A DNA stretch of 64,000 nucleotides, from NCBI GenBank assembly GCA_010093745.1, contig MU005990.1, positions 62,001 to 126,000 of the forward strand, in the 5' to 3' direction. Made by a program: the position numbers and the translations under genes. Positions 1 to 12,309 of this stretch are shown one piece after another. The stretch is from Piedraia hortae CBS 480.64. Taxonomy: Eukaryota. The notes beneath the pieces were generated by a model that worked only from the letters and a program-made list of their open reading frames with translations, had not been told where the DNA came from and made no database searches. Each line of letters opens with the position of its first letter. The stretch's first letter is position 1.

Positions 1-259
1 ATCTCGGCAACCACGTCCTGGTTCTTGAGAATCGAGCGGTAGTGCGCAAAGTCGATTGTCTGCTCCTGTTGCGATAACTGCTGCACTCGCCGACGCGCAT
101 CGTCGTTGCGCTTTTTGAACGTCTGGAGCGCTTGCGCCGTGCTCCCCTTAAGACCGAGCTTGGAGGGCAGCGCAGCCCAGTCAAGCTTAAGAGCCACAGA
201 ACGCTAGTTACATCATTAGCCGCGCAAGACGAGTCTAGAATATGACATACAGCCGCCAT
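1..259 (-). CDS. ATP7: Mitochondrial ATP synthase subunit d (5' part; runs off the window); intron 204-250
   Basis: Manual splice gives [43 protein letters not shown]...[13 protein letters not shown], typical of fungal subunit d. The intron is GTATGT...GCTAAT...TAG. Confidence 0.93.
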   Translation of the reverse strand, partial: MAAVCHILDSSCAANDVTSVLWLLSLTGLRCPPSSVLRGARRKRSRRSKSATTMRVGECSSYRNRSRQSTLRTTARFSRTRTWLPR

Positions 260-464
260 TGCAGTTAAATAGGTGCTACAGGCGTGTAGTTGGGAGGGTA
301 CAATGTCGACGGCAGATTGTCGGGGTCTTTGGAGCGAGTAGCAGTCACGTGATATCATACTACCATTACCAGCATATTTTTGGAGAAAGCAACAAGGGAT
401 ATGTCGGTCGAGCAAGGCATCGTCGCTGGCAGCAGATGTTTCGTAGTATTCTGACTACACATCA

Positions 465-1140
465 TTACAGACTTAGCGCCATAATGCTGTTGACAATGTC
501 GTTATCGTTCTCCCTCAACGCCTTGACCGCCTTGGCCCTGCTGACACTGGCTTGGGCCATGACAAGCTCAATGTCTTTAGCCTCAAGTCCGCTCTCGTCA
601 ACATCACCGCCATCGTCATCCTCGTCCTCTGTAGCCTTTTTGTCTTCAACAGCCTTGCCTTTGCCCGTACCATTGGCACTTTCCTGAGCTGCTTCAGTAG
701 CGGACTGCGCGGCCAGTTGCTGCGCGGCCGAGGCCTGAGCCTGCGAACTCAAATCCTCAATCTTCGCATCGCCAAAGATGCTGCACCCGTTAGCTGGGAT
801 CATACCCCCTCCTTGAATGGTTTAGTACTCACACCCAGGTATTGCTATTTGGGCTCCGGTAGACGGTCGGATGGCTGATGACAAAGAGAATGTTCTTGGG
901 ACGGCGGAGCGTGACACGGGTAATACCCTCAACCTGCTTAAGGCCGAGCTTTGCAATAGCCTTGCGAGCCTTCTTCTCGTTGCGGTTCTGAATAGAAACA
1001 GTAGCTCCGGTGGGAATGGTGGCCTCGCCGCCGTTGGCATTCTCAGCGCCTTCTGACTCCGAAGAGGTCTCGTCCTCGACCTTGGGAGCGCTGCTGTCCT
1101 TGGGCTCGTCGGGAAGCTCTTCGACACGAGGATTGGCCAT
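465..1140 (-). CDS. EGD2: Nascent polypeptide-associated complex alpha subunit; intron 781-832
   Basis: NAC domain ([35 protein letters not shown]) plus C-terminal UBA-like domain ([34 protein letters not shown]). Confidence 0.96.
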
Positions 1141-1376
1141 TTTTGCTGTGCACTTCAAATGTCAGATGCCTACGAGCGATTCAGCAATTGCGAAGTCTTA
1201 CCGTGAGCTTGCGTGTGTGGCAGCAGAGAATTGGTTTTATCTTGGCTGCCACACAAAATTCGGTACCGGCCCGTGCGTAAGTCACGTGCTAAGATCAATC
1301 TGATATGTAAATCGTGAGATGCGGAACGGCATAAAGCACTGCACCATCAGTAGGCGATAGCGCATAGACTCCCTAT

Positions 1377-1870
1377 TTACGCCTTGGCACCCTTCCTGCT
1401 GGCCATCGCCTTCCTGACCTCGAACCTTGCCTGCTTCTTCAGCACGGCAACCTTGAATCGCTCAAAATCGTTAAGTTGCTTCCTGCGCTTGAGGGCAGCG
1501 GCCCGCTTTGCTGTCACCGAGTTGCCGTACTTCTCTTCAACCTTCTGGTCACCCCAGCACTTCTTTAATCCTCCGGATCCGATTGCGAGCGGGAGCCCAG
1601 TGATGACAATCGAGGTAAGCCCGAGGGAAGAGAGCGGGGCGGCATGGCGAGGGACAACCTTGGATTTGTCAGAGGACGGGCCTTCGACTAGGACCTGGGT
1701 GCGTTAGAAGATGTTCCATGGAGAAGCCGTTGTAATCGCTGTACCCTTTTGTGGTCAATTATCTGCACGATCGCGGCGAGACGGCCTTCATACGGCCCGG
1801 TGGCGAAGAGGGCAACGCGGCCGGTCTCAACGAGACGCCAGTTGCTTGCTGTAACGCTGACTTCGCCCAT
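1377..1870 (-). CDS. RPL14: 60S ribosomal protein L14 (eL14); intron 1695-1744
   Basis: MGEVSVTASNWRLVETGRVALF...IVQIIDHKR|VLVEGPS...RKQLNDFERFKV motifs. Confidence 0.96.
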
Positions 1871-2012
1871 GGTGGTTGTTTTGAGTGTTTCGCGCAAAAA
1901 GAGACAGATCGATTGAGCGTTGGTGTGCGCGGAAATGTTCCGAGTCTTGGCAACGCACCACACGTCCCCGCTGTCTACTACGCTACACATCACCCACCAC
2001 CCTGTAGCCAGA

Positions 2013-2592
2013 ATGCGCACCTACGACGATACGTTTTCCGGTCGGAAGATATACCCGGGCAAGGTAGTTTTCATTGATCATACTTGTGACTGCAGTTAAC
2101 CTTCTGTAGGGTAAACTCTTCGTCCGTGGAGACAGCAAGGTCTTCCGCTTCCAAAACGGGAAATCGGAGTCGCTGTTCCTGCAGCGCAAGAACCCCCGTC
2201 GTATTCTATGGACTGTGCTGTGTCGCCGACAAAGACGCAAGGGTATTACGGAGGTGCGGTGTCCGGTTATCGGTTGCTGGCAGCAACACTAATGACAATA
2301 GGAACAAGCCAAATCCCGTCGCCGCCGCGTGGTCAAGTCTCAGCGTGCAATTGTCGGAGCGTCCCTCGATGTGATCAAGGAGCGCCGTTCGGTCCGCCCT
2401 GAGGCGCGCGCTGCGGCCCGCCAGGAAGCAGTGAAGGAAGGCAAGGCAAAGCGTGCTGCTGCACAGAGTATTAAGAAGGCCGAAAAGGCGAAGACCGCTG
2501 CCAAGGGTGCGGCCGGCATTGCCGTGGGACGCCAGGTCAGCAAGCAAGCCGCAAAGGGCGCGGTTTCCAAGCCGAAGCCTACGACCCGCTAA
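2013..2592 (+). CDS. RPL24: 60S ribosomal protein L24 (eL24); introns 2064-2109 and 2254-2301
   Basis: MRTYDDTFSGRKIYPGK|GKLFVRGDSKVFRFQNGKSESLFLQRKNPRRILWT...QRAIVGASLDVIKERR. Confidence 0.96.
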
Positions 2593-4206
2593 GGTAGCTT
2601 CATAGTCACTGCAAGCTGACTTTTCTACGCTTCGTCTTACTTACCAGATGTCCTAGCGAATCAGCGTTGTTGGAGCACACATTGATGACAAGCATGGCCC
2701 AATTACTTTACATGACGAAGGAATCCATGACTCTAACAAGGCCTTGTTGTTCACACAATGGGCTAGAATCATAGGCTATTTTGACAATTTCCGTTGCCAA
2801 AGAATGATCTGGGAGTCCATTCAATCTGTGTGGTGATCTGATGATGGAGGAGCCGAAGATCCCTGCACATATCCCCTACTATACGAAGATTAGGCTCTCC
2901 ATGAGGAATCGTGCCATCTGCATACGCTCTTGACTTGGAATGCTCGGCGTCGATGAAAAGACTCTTGAACGAAACGTGGATGATGAACCATGTTTCATCA
3001 CAATGATTCTCCAGTCTTTGGGAGCTGATCCTTTGAAGATCTAGATCGACACCTCGATGAAATCCCCAATACATTGAGTTGCCGAAGCCCCGAAAAATTT
3101 ACGAGTTGATAGTTGCACGCAGTCATGTCTTCGGCTCTTTGCCGAGTCATATCAGTGTTTCAAAGCCCCAGGTCAGTGGCGTGTGGGACACCGCTTCCCA
3201 CCCGATGCTTTGGACAAACTAGTAATCTATCTCTAACAGATCATCCTCCATCTCCTCAGCTAAGATCTGTTCGTCTTCAGATCATCGAAAACTGACTGCT
3301 GTGCTCGTCAACGTGTCAGCCGAGTACCGGGGGAGAATTTGGACATATCCCCGTAGACCTGCATTGATTGATACGAGCCCAGCAGTAAGTAAACACAGCA
3401 AAGTTCCCGAACCCAGGCCCATTCGTTTGTAGATCTCCCCCATTGATACCCAAACACCTCCTCAAGTGGAGCCCGTTCTAGAGGGTATGGTCATATCACA
3501 CTTCGAGCTCTAACCACCCCGCTTCCGTTCCAAAGGAAAAATTCACCAACTCAAATCTCCCCACAAGCCTCATCAAAAACAAACCCAACCAACACCTTTT
3601 CCATCTAACACCAATTGATGAACATATCCTCTTAAAGCAGACTAGCGTGATGCAATCTGCAATGCAAATGTGTAGACAGGGCGGTATCAAGAATTGACCG
3701 ACACTGCCCGATCCGCTCCCCGGCGTGCAGCTTGTACAAAGACAAGTAAGATGTCCAAACCATTGATTCCGATAATCCCAACTCTACAAACTGAGAAACG
3801 TGAATCTTTATCTCCTGGGATCGAAATAGCATAGAGTAGTTAGTTAGGAATAGGGAATGGTACAAGTTCCCCTTAATATGTACTGATCAAAAAGACTGAT
3901 ATGCACCACCACCCATTTGAACCCCCTTTCCCAGAAAAAATAAGCAAAGCACAGCAAAGAAAGAGGGGTTACTGTGTTATCTCCCCCTCTTCCTTTTTGG
4001 TATCTGATGAGAGGATAAACGAAACAAGAGCCAAAATTGCAAGCCAGCAAACAAAAAGGCAAAGGATAAAAACCATTCCAGGACTCCACCGACCCGTTCC
4101 TCTCCCCTTCTTCCCGAGATAAAACGCCATGTTTCCGTCTTCCAGTCTGTTATCCAGGAGGTCCTCTTGTTTCTTTGTTTTCAGTATAGACGGTTGTGAA
4201 AATGAC

Positions 4207-5290
4207 TCAGGTAGGATGACAGCCCCTTTCATGTCTTTTCATGTTGCTCCTGACGCTAAAGGCCTTTCCGCAGCCTTGATGAGGACATTTGAATGGCTTC
4301 TCGCCCGTGTGTGAGTGGGAGTGAATTTTGAGACTGCTTGGTCTGCTGAAAGATTTGTTGCACGTCGTGCAGAGGTAACGGTCTTGCGGGAGCGGATAGG
4401 AGGCTTGGGTAGGAGGGGGAATGTAGTGGTGGTGTTCCCACAACGAATTTGTCAGGTTGCTCGTCCCTTCAGTCATCATTGGCTGCACTGAGGGCGGAAA
4501 TGTGGACGGCAGCGGTCGTTGTTGGTACAGCGTTGCGTACGCTGTATCTGTGGGCGAGTAGTAGGATGCTGAGGAAACGTTACTGGGTGACGAAGTGTAC
4601 TGAGGGAGCGTGTAAGGCGACATTGAAGGCTGAGCTGTTCTTCGCATTAGCCCAAATTGCGCCGCCCGCTGGCCCTCTGCATCGAGGTTGTTCAATGCCG
4701 ATCCCACAAGGTACGGCTGTGTTGTGTGCATGGTGCCCGAGAGAGAGGGACCAGAAATTGAGGGACTGTTGCGGTCAACAATTGAAGGAGGCGTCAATGG
4801 CGAAGCCCTCTCTGCCCGTTGCATTTGCTGGTATTGACGTGCCGCTGCTGTTCGTAGTCAGTAAGTTAGATCCCAGAATCGGATGATCAAACGCACCCTC
4901 GTGAGCTGGTCGATCACCATCTGCAATGCCAAGGAGGTTGGAGATGGAAGGCAACGATGGCTTATCATCGAGAGGTGGAGTATTTTGTTGTGCTTGTTGG
5001 GCAAGCGAATGGGTGGCTTGTAGATGATGAGGCACAGCCTGCAGATGCTGCTGCTGTGACAGCTGCTGTTGTGCAATTTGCTGCGGTGGCAAATGCGGTT
5101 GTGTAAGCGGCTGCTGTGACAGAGGCTGCTGCTGTGCCAAAGATTGCTGAGGCAGATGCTGCTGCTGCTCAGTCGGCACTGAGTAGTACGAGCTGAGCTC
5201 GTCGGTGGCCTGAGGACGCGCAGGATAGACAGGATACCGCGGATAGCCCTGGTAGCGAACTGGATAGGGCATCATGCTGACCGTAGCCAT
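4207..5290 (-). CDS. mtfA: C2H2 zinc-finger transcription factor, MtfA-like; intron 4848-4896
   Basis: Two C-terminal fingers (RYLCTTCNKSFSRPSSLKIHSHSHTGEKPFKCPHQGCGKAFSVRSNMKRHERGCH) match my recollection of Aspergillus MtfA. Q-rich N-terminus with an LPSI motif. The splice restores the frame. Confidence 0.85.
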
Positions 5291-6538
5291 TCACCGACAG
5301 TGTGGGTTAGGAGAAGCTGGGCAGATTAAGAAAACATTCCGGGCATGGAACACACACGACTGGCAGATTGGCAGGTGTCCGGATTGGGACAAAACGGGTC
5401 AACGCCGATCGATGCGGCTACACCTGCTCTTTTGAGGATGACAGCAAGCGGGCCGGGCCCGATTGGCGATGGGATGCGGCACAAAAAAAGGGAAGAATCC
5501 GGCGAGAGGGGATGAGGGGGGACAACAAGACCAGGATGCTGACTTGCGGGCAAATCAGTGATCAGGTCGGAGATTTTTTTGGCGCAAATCAATGGCAGTC
5601 GGGCGATCGTCTTGGTTTTACCGTTGTATGTTTGAGCATGGGGACAAGGCAGACTTGATACTTGGGTGTGGCGGGTAAAAAAGTGCCCAATGTCTACCAT
5701 CCAATCAATCCATCAGCCGGGCTCCCATTCGTCGATTTGTCCATACAATCAACTTGCCCAGCGCCTGTCGTGCAGATACCAGCTCCCGTGATCCAGATGT
5801 GGAAAGAGCCGGGGTAAAGCAGGGACTGGGCGTGGGTAAAATTGCAATAACGGCCTAACGGTCGAGGATGCATGGAGTGTGCCGGTGCATAAGGCCACTC
5901 CATCGCCCTGCCACAGAAATCGAAGGACCACAGGACCAGGGTGACGGCTGCTCCCGAATGCGGCCAAAGCCGTCTGGCCCCCTCCTCAAACCGCCTGGGG
6001 TAGGCCGTCTCGCATAGATTTCGGGCACCTGTCAGCGTTTCCCAAGCAGCCGGATGACATTTCTGCTAATGCGCGCCGACAACATGCTGGTCGTCGTGGC
6101 GTCAAAGTCCCGTAAACTACTCCTGTCACAGACGCTCCCACGTGGCTTTTGACACGTGGGGAGCGCCATGTCTCCGCAAGCGCCCTTCTGGGACTCTGCT
6201 CCGGCCGCAGAATTCTAGCGCCGACGGCAGAAGCTTCTTCGTTCTTCCGTCGACAGAACCTTGACCGTTGTCTGTCCACAACGCCTGACAGCCCCTGCAG
6301 CTACGCGGATCGTGTAACCGCTCACCGCGACGCCGCCATGCGCGGCCTGCATAGGGATGTTAGTGTATATTCAATCAGATGCTTAATGTTTGTGACGTCC
6401 ACGTGGACTCAGGCATCAATGTGGCTGCGTTTGCTTACCACCTACCAAGGAAAACCGACAAAATCGGATGTGCACCTGGCATTCGATCCCTGGATTAATC
6501 TGGGATTGCCCATGACGTATGTCAAGAGCATCTTGCTG

Positions 6539-6665
6539 CTTGCTCACTCGTCCAAAATAGCAAATAGCTCACCAGTCTTCAGTCTTCACGTGCATTGCTC
6601 AGAGAGCGGCCGCTCTCCGCCGCAATGTGCTCGCGCTAGACCGCTTTGGGCTCCAATCTGCTCAA
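6539..6665 (+). promoter_or_regulatory. Cluster of Mac1/CuRE-like TGCTC(A/G) motifs upstream of the Ctr gene
   Basis: TTGCTCA (6540-6546), TTGCTCA (6595-6601), TGTGCTCG (6626-6633) and TCTGCTCA (6657-6664) lie within 220 bp of the ATG. Confidence 0.55.
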
Positions 6666-6758
6666 CCACAACGACCGAGGCGGCCACGCCCCTATTGAGA
6701 GTCAAAATGAGACCTTGGGGCCTCATAACATCTCAGAGCAGTTCACAGACAGCCAACA

Positions 6759-7358
6759 ATGGATCATGACATGAATATGGGCTCAAGTTCTCACTCCTCG
6801 TCCATGTCCATGGTTTTCACAACAGACCACAGCACACCACTCTTCTCAAATGTCTGGACGCCCAAGAACAGGGGAGCATACGCGGGAACTTGCATATTTC
6901 TCGTCGTACTTGCCATCATCAGTCGCATGCTCGCTGCATGGAGAACAAAGCTGGAACTAGATTGGCACGACCGTGCCGTTAAGCGACGCTACATCGTTGT
7001 GGCTACTGACACTGAAAGACTTGCCGTCGAGGAAAAAGGAGAGGATGCCACTCTGACATCTCGTGGTGTGGACGAGCGGGTTAAGGTCGTAAAGTCCAAC
7101 TCACGCGATTTGGAAATACCCCCGTGGAGGTTCAGCACGGACTTACCCCGAGCAGCGCTTTTTACTCTCATGGCATGTGTCAGCTACTTGCTGTAAGTTT
7201 ATACGTTAAGCTTTATGGGCTAGCTGATCGATGACAGGATGTTGGCGGTCATGACTCTGAATGTTGGGTACTTTCTGTCGACTCTTGCAGGTCTCTTTGT
7301 GGGCGAGCTTGTTGTCGGACGGTTTGCCTCGGCTGATGACGGACATTCATCGCACTAA
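6759..7358 (+). CDS. Ctr family high-affinity copper transporter; intron 7193-7237
   Basis: Met/His-rich N-terminus (MDHDMNMGSSSHSSSMSMVF), TM1, MxxxM motif (YLLMLAVMTLNVGYF), GxxxG motif and a His-containing tail. Confidence 0.94.
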
Positions 7359-7926
7359 CAGCGTTGTACGGCCTGAATTGTCACACTGCCGCTTTGTTTG
7401 GTTGCATGATAATGGTTTTAAGACAGGGATCTCATGTAGATATTTGAAAGTTGCCAAAACACGTTCCGGAGAAATTCAAGGATTGGCGTGACGCGAGCTG
7501 TGATCTGAAGGTTTGACAGGGTTCATTGGGGGCTGATATGTCGTCTGTTAAGCTAATAAGCAACGGCATGGAAAGGTGGCCGTGGAAGAAATGCCGGGTT
7601 CTCAGCTGAGACTTCGAGACCCAATTGTTACTTAGTTTGATTGAAAGAGGAAGGTCACTCACTACCTTGGTCTTTCGACCTCGTAAACCGCACATTCGCA
7701 TGGAATGGTGCCTTGCATGGGACAATAGAAGACAGTGTTAGGTAATCAGGCAAAAGTGCTGTTGTCTTTGACCGACTCGGTGATTGAAGGTAAACTTGCT
7801 GATGTGTGTCATGGAGATTGGTCGCCCGACCCAAAATGTGGTGACTCAAATCGTGTCCAGAGATCGTATGATATGTAACTCATCATGGGAGCACATTGCT
7901 CCAACCTTTGCCTCTTTGTTGAAGCA

Positions 7927-9383
7927 TCAAACAGTCTCGATATATCGTTTAACTTCCCAATCAGTGACAGTCTCATCCCATAAACGAATCTCGTGCTCAC
8001 GAGTTCCTGCAAAATGGTCCACAAAATCATCTCCAAACACTTCCCTCGCGATGCTGTCCTTATGCGCGAATCGAGTTGTAGCTTCTCTTAGAGAACGTGC
8101 CAACCTCTCGCCATTACCAACCTCTTCTCCCTTTCCCAGTGGAGGTACGGGTATGGTTAATTTCTTTTCAACACCTCGACGGCCCAGAGCAAGTATGGCA
8201 GCCAAAACCAGATGCACATTGGTATCTGCACCAGGCACACGTACTTCGAATCTAGTTCCTTTTGCAGGGACTGTTGGAGGGGCAATCAGCCTTATAGATG
8301 CCGCCCGGTGCTCGAGGCCCCATGAGACCGTCACCGGCGCCCAGAAGTTCTCCACTAGCCGCTTATAGCTGTTAATTGTCGGCGCTACGATTGGCATGAT
8401 GTCTGGCAGGCCGTGAAGGAGACCGGCAAGGAAATGCCGACCGAGGTCGGACAAATTGGCAACGTCAGGCCAGGGAGCATTGTGATCCAATTCCGGTCGA
8501 GCAAACAGATTCATGCCGTCCGAATCGCAGAGACTGACGTGCACATGGCCAGAGTTACCGGGCAACCCCTCTCGTGGTTTTGCCATGAAGCAGGGTGTAA
8601 TTCCATAACTGGAGGAAACATTTTTGACTGCCAGTTTGAATAGCGCAGCTTTATCAGCCATTTTACTGATCTCATCATATTCTAAGGCAGCTTCATATAC
8701 TCCAGGTCCAGATTCAGTGTGCCAACCTTCGATCTCACACTGGAATTTACGGCAGGTGTCATAAACGTTCATGTACCAATCCAGATTGTGAACAGGTCTG
8801 GTGAGGCTGTAACCAAACATACCCTCGTCCAGGCTCGGGATATCCCCGACAGGATTTCTCTGGAGAAATGTTGCCGTAGCACTAGAATTGTTCACCGCTG
8901 ATGGGGCTCGGAAGGTATAGAACTCATACTCGGCTGAAAATTAGTGACTTTCTATGAGTTGGACACGGTGTAATTACCTCCCGCCATGGCTTTGATATCT
9001 TTTAGCCCTTCGCATTGTTTTTGTAACAAGCTTCTGGGACAAGCAGAGAGACTTACTCCCTCAGGCTCGCGGAAGCTGCAAAGGAAAAATGGCAGATCGC
9101 GTTCCCAGGGCAAACGTCGGTAGCTGTTCAAATCGACAACCGCAACAATATCACGATATCCATTTTCCTTATTGCTAATTTTCAGTTCCTTAAAATACGT
9201 CTTGTCATGCATGTCCCAGCCGAAGATGACGGAGCAAAAGCCGAAACCAGGCTTGATGATGGACAGAAATTTCTTTTTGCTCATCAATTTACCTCGCAGA
9301 ATGCCATCGACATCGATCCCTCCGACCTTAACGGCATCATCTCTCACCAGTATATCAGGTAGATTTTCCACAGTGATGTCCAT
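7927..9383 (-). CDS. Glutamine synthetase-like gamma-glutamyl-amine ligase (GlnA4/PuuA-type GSI-like); intron 8934-8977
   Basis: DVDGILRGK, AGAEYEF, HTESGPGVYE, CFMAKP..GLPGNSGHVHVSL, PTINSYKRL and RFEVRVPGAD. The flap reads NFWAP instead of the GYEAP of true GS. Confidence 0.92.
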
Positions 9384-9508
9384 GGTGCTTGGTATACGGC
9401 GAGATATCGGATGGAGCCGTGAGAGTGCCTGGGGCACTAAGCTTGATAAGGACATCCGACCCCTCATGCCCCCGCATGCCGGAAACGTTCCCATCACGTT
9501 CAACAGTC

Positions 9509-10401
9509 ATGGCTGAGCATAGAGGACGTTTGGCTGGGAAGAATGCCATTATCACGGGTGCCGGAGGGTGTGTATAGGTTCCTTATGCAAGAATTCAGTG
9601 ATTGCTAATCTCACCAGCGGCATAGGTCTGGAAACGACCATTCTTTTTCTGCGTGAAGGAGCTTCAGTGCTCATGTGCGATATTTCCGTAGATGGACTGG
9701 CGAAAGCAGTTGAAAAGGCAAAGTCACAGGCACCAAACAGGATTGGTAAAGTAGACACTACCCGCTGCGATGTGTCGAAAGAAAGCGACGTCCAAGCCGC
9801 CGTGGAAAAGCTTGATGCCTGGGGTGGCGTAGACATCATGTTCAACAATGCCGGAATCATGCACGGCGACGATGCAGATGCAACAGACACGCCAGAGAAA
9901 ATCTGGGACCTCACTCACAACATCAATGTAAAAGGAGTGTGGTTCGGCTGCAAGCACGCCGTCTTGTCATTGCGGAAGCATAAGAAGAAACGCGGGAGCA
10001 TCATCAATACTGCCTCTGTTGTCGCTCTGGTTGGCTCTGCCACCCCGCAACTGGCATATACTGCTTCCAAGGGTGCAGTGCTTGCCATGACGCGCGAACT
10101 GGCCATAGTCCATGCACGGGAGGGTTTCCGCTTCAACTCACTTTGTCCCGCCCCACTAAATACCCCGCTTTTGCAAGACTGGCTTGGCGACGATCAAGCC
10201 AAGCGCCACCGTCGAGAGGTCCATTTTCCCACCGGCCGTTTTGGCGAGCCGGTGGAGCAAGCTCAAGGCGTTCTATTTCTTGCCTCTGACGAAGCATCTT
10301 TTGTCAATGGCACAGATTTTGTTATTGACGGTGGCATGACTCATGCCTACGTAACACCTGAAGGTCCTCCTACGCAGCCCCCCGCGAATCTATCTCGATA
10401 G
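9509..10401 (+). CDS. Classical short-chain dehydrogenase/reductase (Rv2857c/SCO1611-like); intron 9568-9617
   Basis: TGAGGGIG, NNAGI, S...YTASK catalytic motif and C-terminal DGG..AYVTP. Confidence 0.93.
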
Positions 10402-10441
10402 TTAACAAGGGTTGACCTTGACACATTAGCATATAGACATA

Positions 10442-11246
10442 CTATAGAGATGCTCCCGCTGGAGGGATGCAATTTTCGAGATATTCGGCCAAGTCGTCGA
10501 TTTCTTCGTCCGTGGCACTGTGAGGTAGGCCTTTATAGGTCTTGAAATCCACTGACCATCCCCACTCACGCAACTTTTCGGCGGTCGTCTTGCCCCAGTC
10601 ATAACGCACCACAGCATCGGCATCACCATGGCCCATAAAGATTCGCGTAGACTTATTCGGACTGTCCTTTGGGATCATGCTTTGTAGTTTTCCCGGTAGG
10701 AGAAGATAGCAAGACAAGCCAAAAATACCGGCCAGTTTGGTCGGCGCAGTAATCCCTGCCAAGAGACTCATAGCTCCTCCTTGACTGAAACCGCCAAGCA
10801 CAATCCTATCGCTCGCAATGCCACTCTCGACCTCGCCAGCAATCAGGTCATGGAAGACCTTTTGCGAACGAGCAATTCCTTCTTCATCTTCACTCCTATC
10901 CGCGAGATCCTCAAAGCTTGTGATGTCGTACCATCCTGGCATGCGCATTCCCATGTTGATTGTGATGGGAATTGCGGGCGCATTCGGGAAGATAAACTTC
11001 GTCTCCTGGAACTTTTTCTGGCGTTGCCAAGTCGTTGCGATGGATGACCTGGATGGTTATTATTCTAAGTCCGCAGTCATAGTCAGGGTAGGAATTTACC
11101 ATCCTGCCCCACTGGAGTAGACGTTAGTGGTGCAATGTTGAACATTATGCTCCGTACCTGTCTCCCAGCCCGTGGACCATGATAACAGTGGACGTGTGCC
11201 TCTTTAAGGCTGGTACCACAATTGCTGCTGCCGTGGTCTTTTGCAT
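10442..11246 (-). CDS. APT1: Acyl-protein thioesterase 1 / lysophospholipase; introns 11112-11157 and 11049-11099, 12-nt exon 11100-11111
   Basis: HGLGDSGAGW, FIFPNAP.IPITINMGMRMPGWYDI, GGFSQGG, HGDAD and GLPHS (catalytic triad). Confidence 0.94.
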
Positions 11247-12309
11247 TATTGCCGGTTTTGAAAGGTGATGTCAAGGTACGTCAAAAGCCATGTGACGTCG
11301 AGCCCCGCATTATGTGGGGCTTGATGCAGGGTGCACGGCAGCAACCGCGCCAAGAATAACGAGATGCTGTGATCTGTGCATCACAATCAATGCATATGAC
11401 CAAGTGTCTTCTTCCCGGTAGAGTGTTGAACAGTTCGTATTCGTGCAACTTCCCTACTTACTAAGAAAGGATCTGCAACATGACCTTATCTATCTAAACA
11501 CAACAATGATGCCGTATGTCTGGAAAACCAATGGATCCGATGCTTGAGGTGACTGCCTATTATCTTTTCAACCCTAGAAGGTTTGTATTACTTGTCAACT
11601 TGAGTGATCCAACTGCTAGGGAATGCCTGATATTTCTTCTCCAAATAGGTTCAACCATCTGTGAAATAGAGAAATTTCACAGGTGCATACATTGCTCACG
11701 GCAGAGTGATGAGACTGATCTTTCACTAGCACATGGTTACATGAGTCTTCGTAGTCACTTTAAAAGGTCCTCTTGAAAACACACTTCTTCGTTGTGATTC
11801 TAACGTTGTTGATATATAAACACTCTCAAAGTGGTGCATTTGGAGCACACCGATATTGAGCTTGACAATGTATTAGGCGCTCCGCACAAGTTGACAAGGA
11901 ATAGGCTCGGCCCGTTCCCGGCTTAGGAAGAAATCTCGTATGATAATCGTTTGCCTGATCAACTGCCTTCAATTTTGATAAGAAATGAGCAAACCGACCG
12001 CGCCAAGAGGGGTGGAGCATTGACATGTGCTGACCAATGTAGCAACGCTCGAGGTGCGGTTTACGGCGATTAATAATCACCCACTCCAAAGATAATTAGC
12101 ACAGTTGTCGTAATATGTGCCGATTCTCGTGAATAGGCGTGACAAATGCACTGGTTTATCGGGCCTTCGCTCGTGCACATCTTATAAAGTTGCAAATGTT
12201 CTCCTTTACCTCCACCAAGACCACTATTACCTTTACCCTTTTTATTTGTGCCCTCGCCCTCGCGGTATCTATCATATTCCCGCCTTTGCAATCACGCCTT
12301 GCGACCACA

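Noticed and set aside
2085..2092. HomolD-like TGTGACTG in RPL24 intron 1
   Set aside because: A single 8-mer in an intron rather than the promoter, compatible with chance.
6149..6769. 206-aa ORF upstream of Ctr
   Set aside because: Non-ATG start, spans the promoter and has no protein features.
7927..9383. Calling the GS-like gene glnA or fluG
   Set aside because: It is not GSII-like, lacks the Glu flap residue, and has no N-terminal amidohydrolase domain as in FluG.
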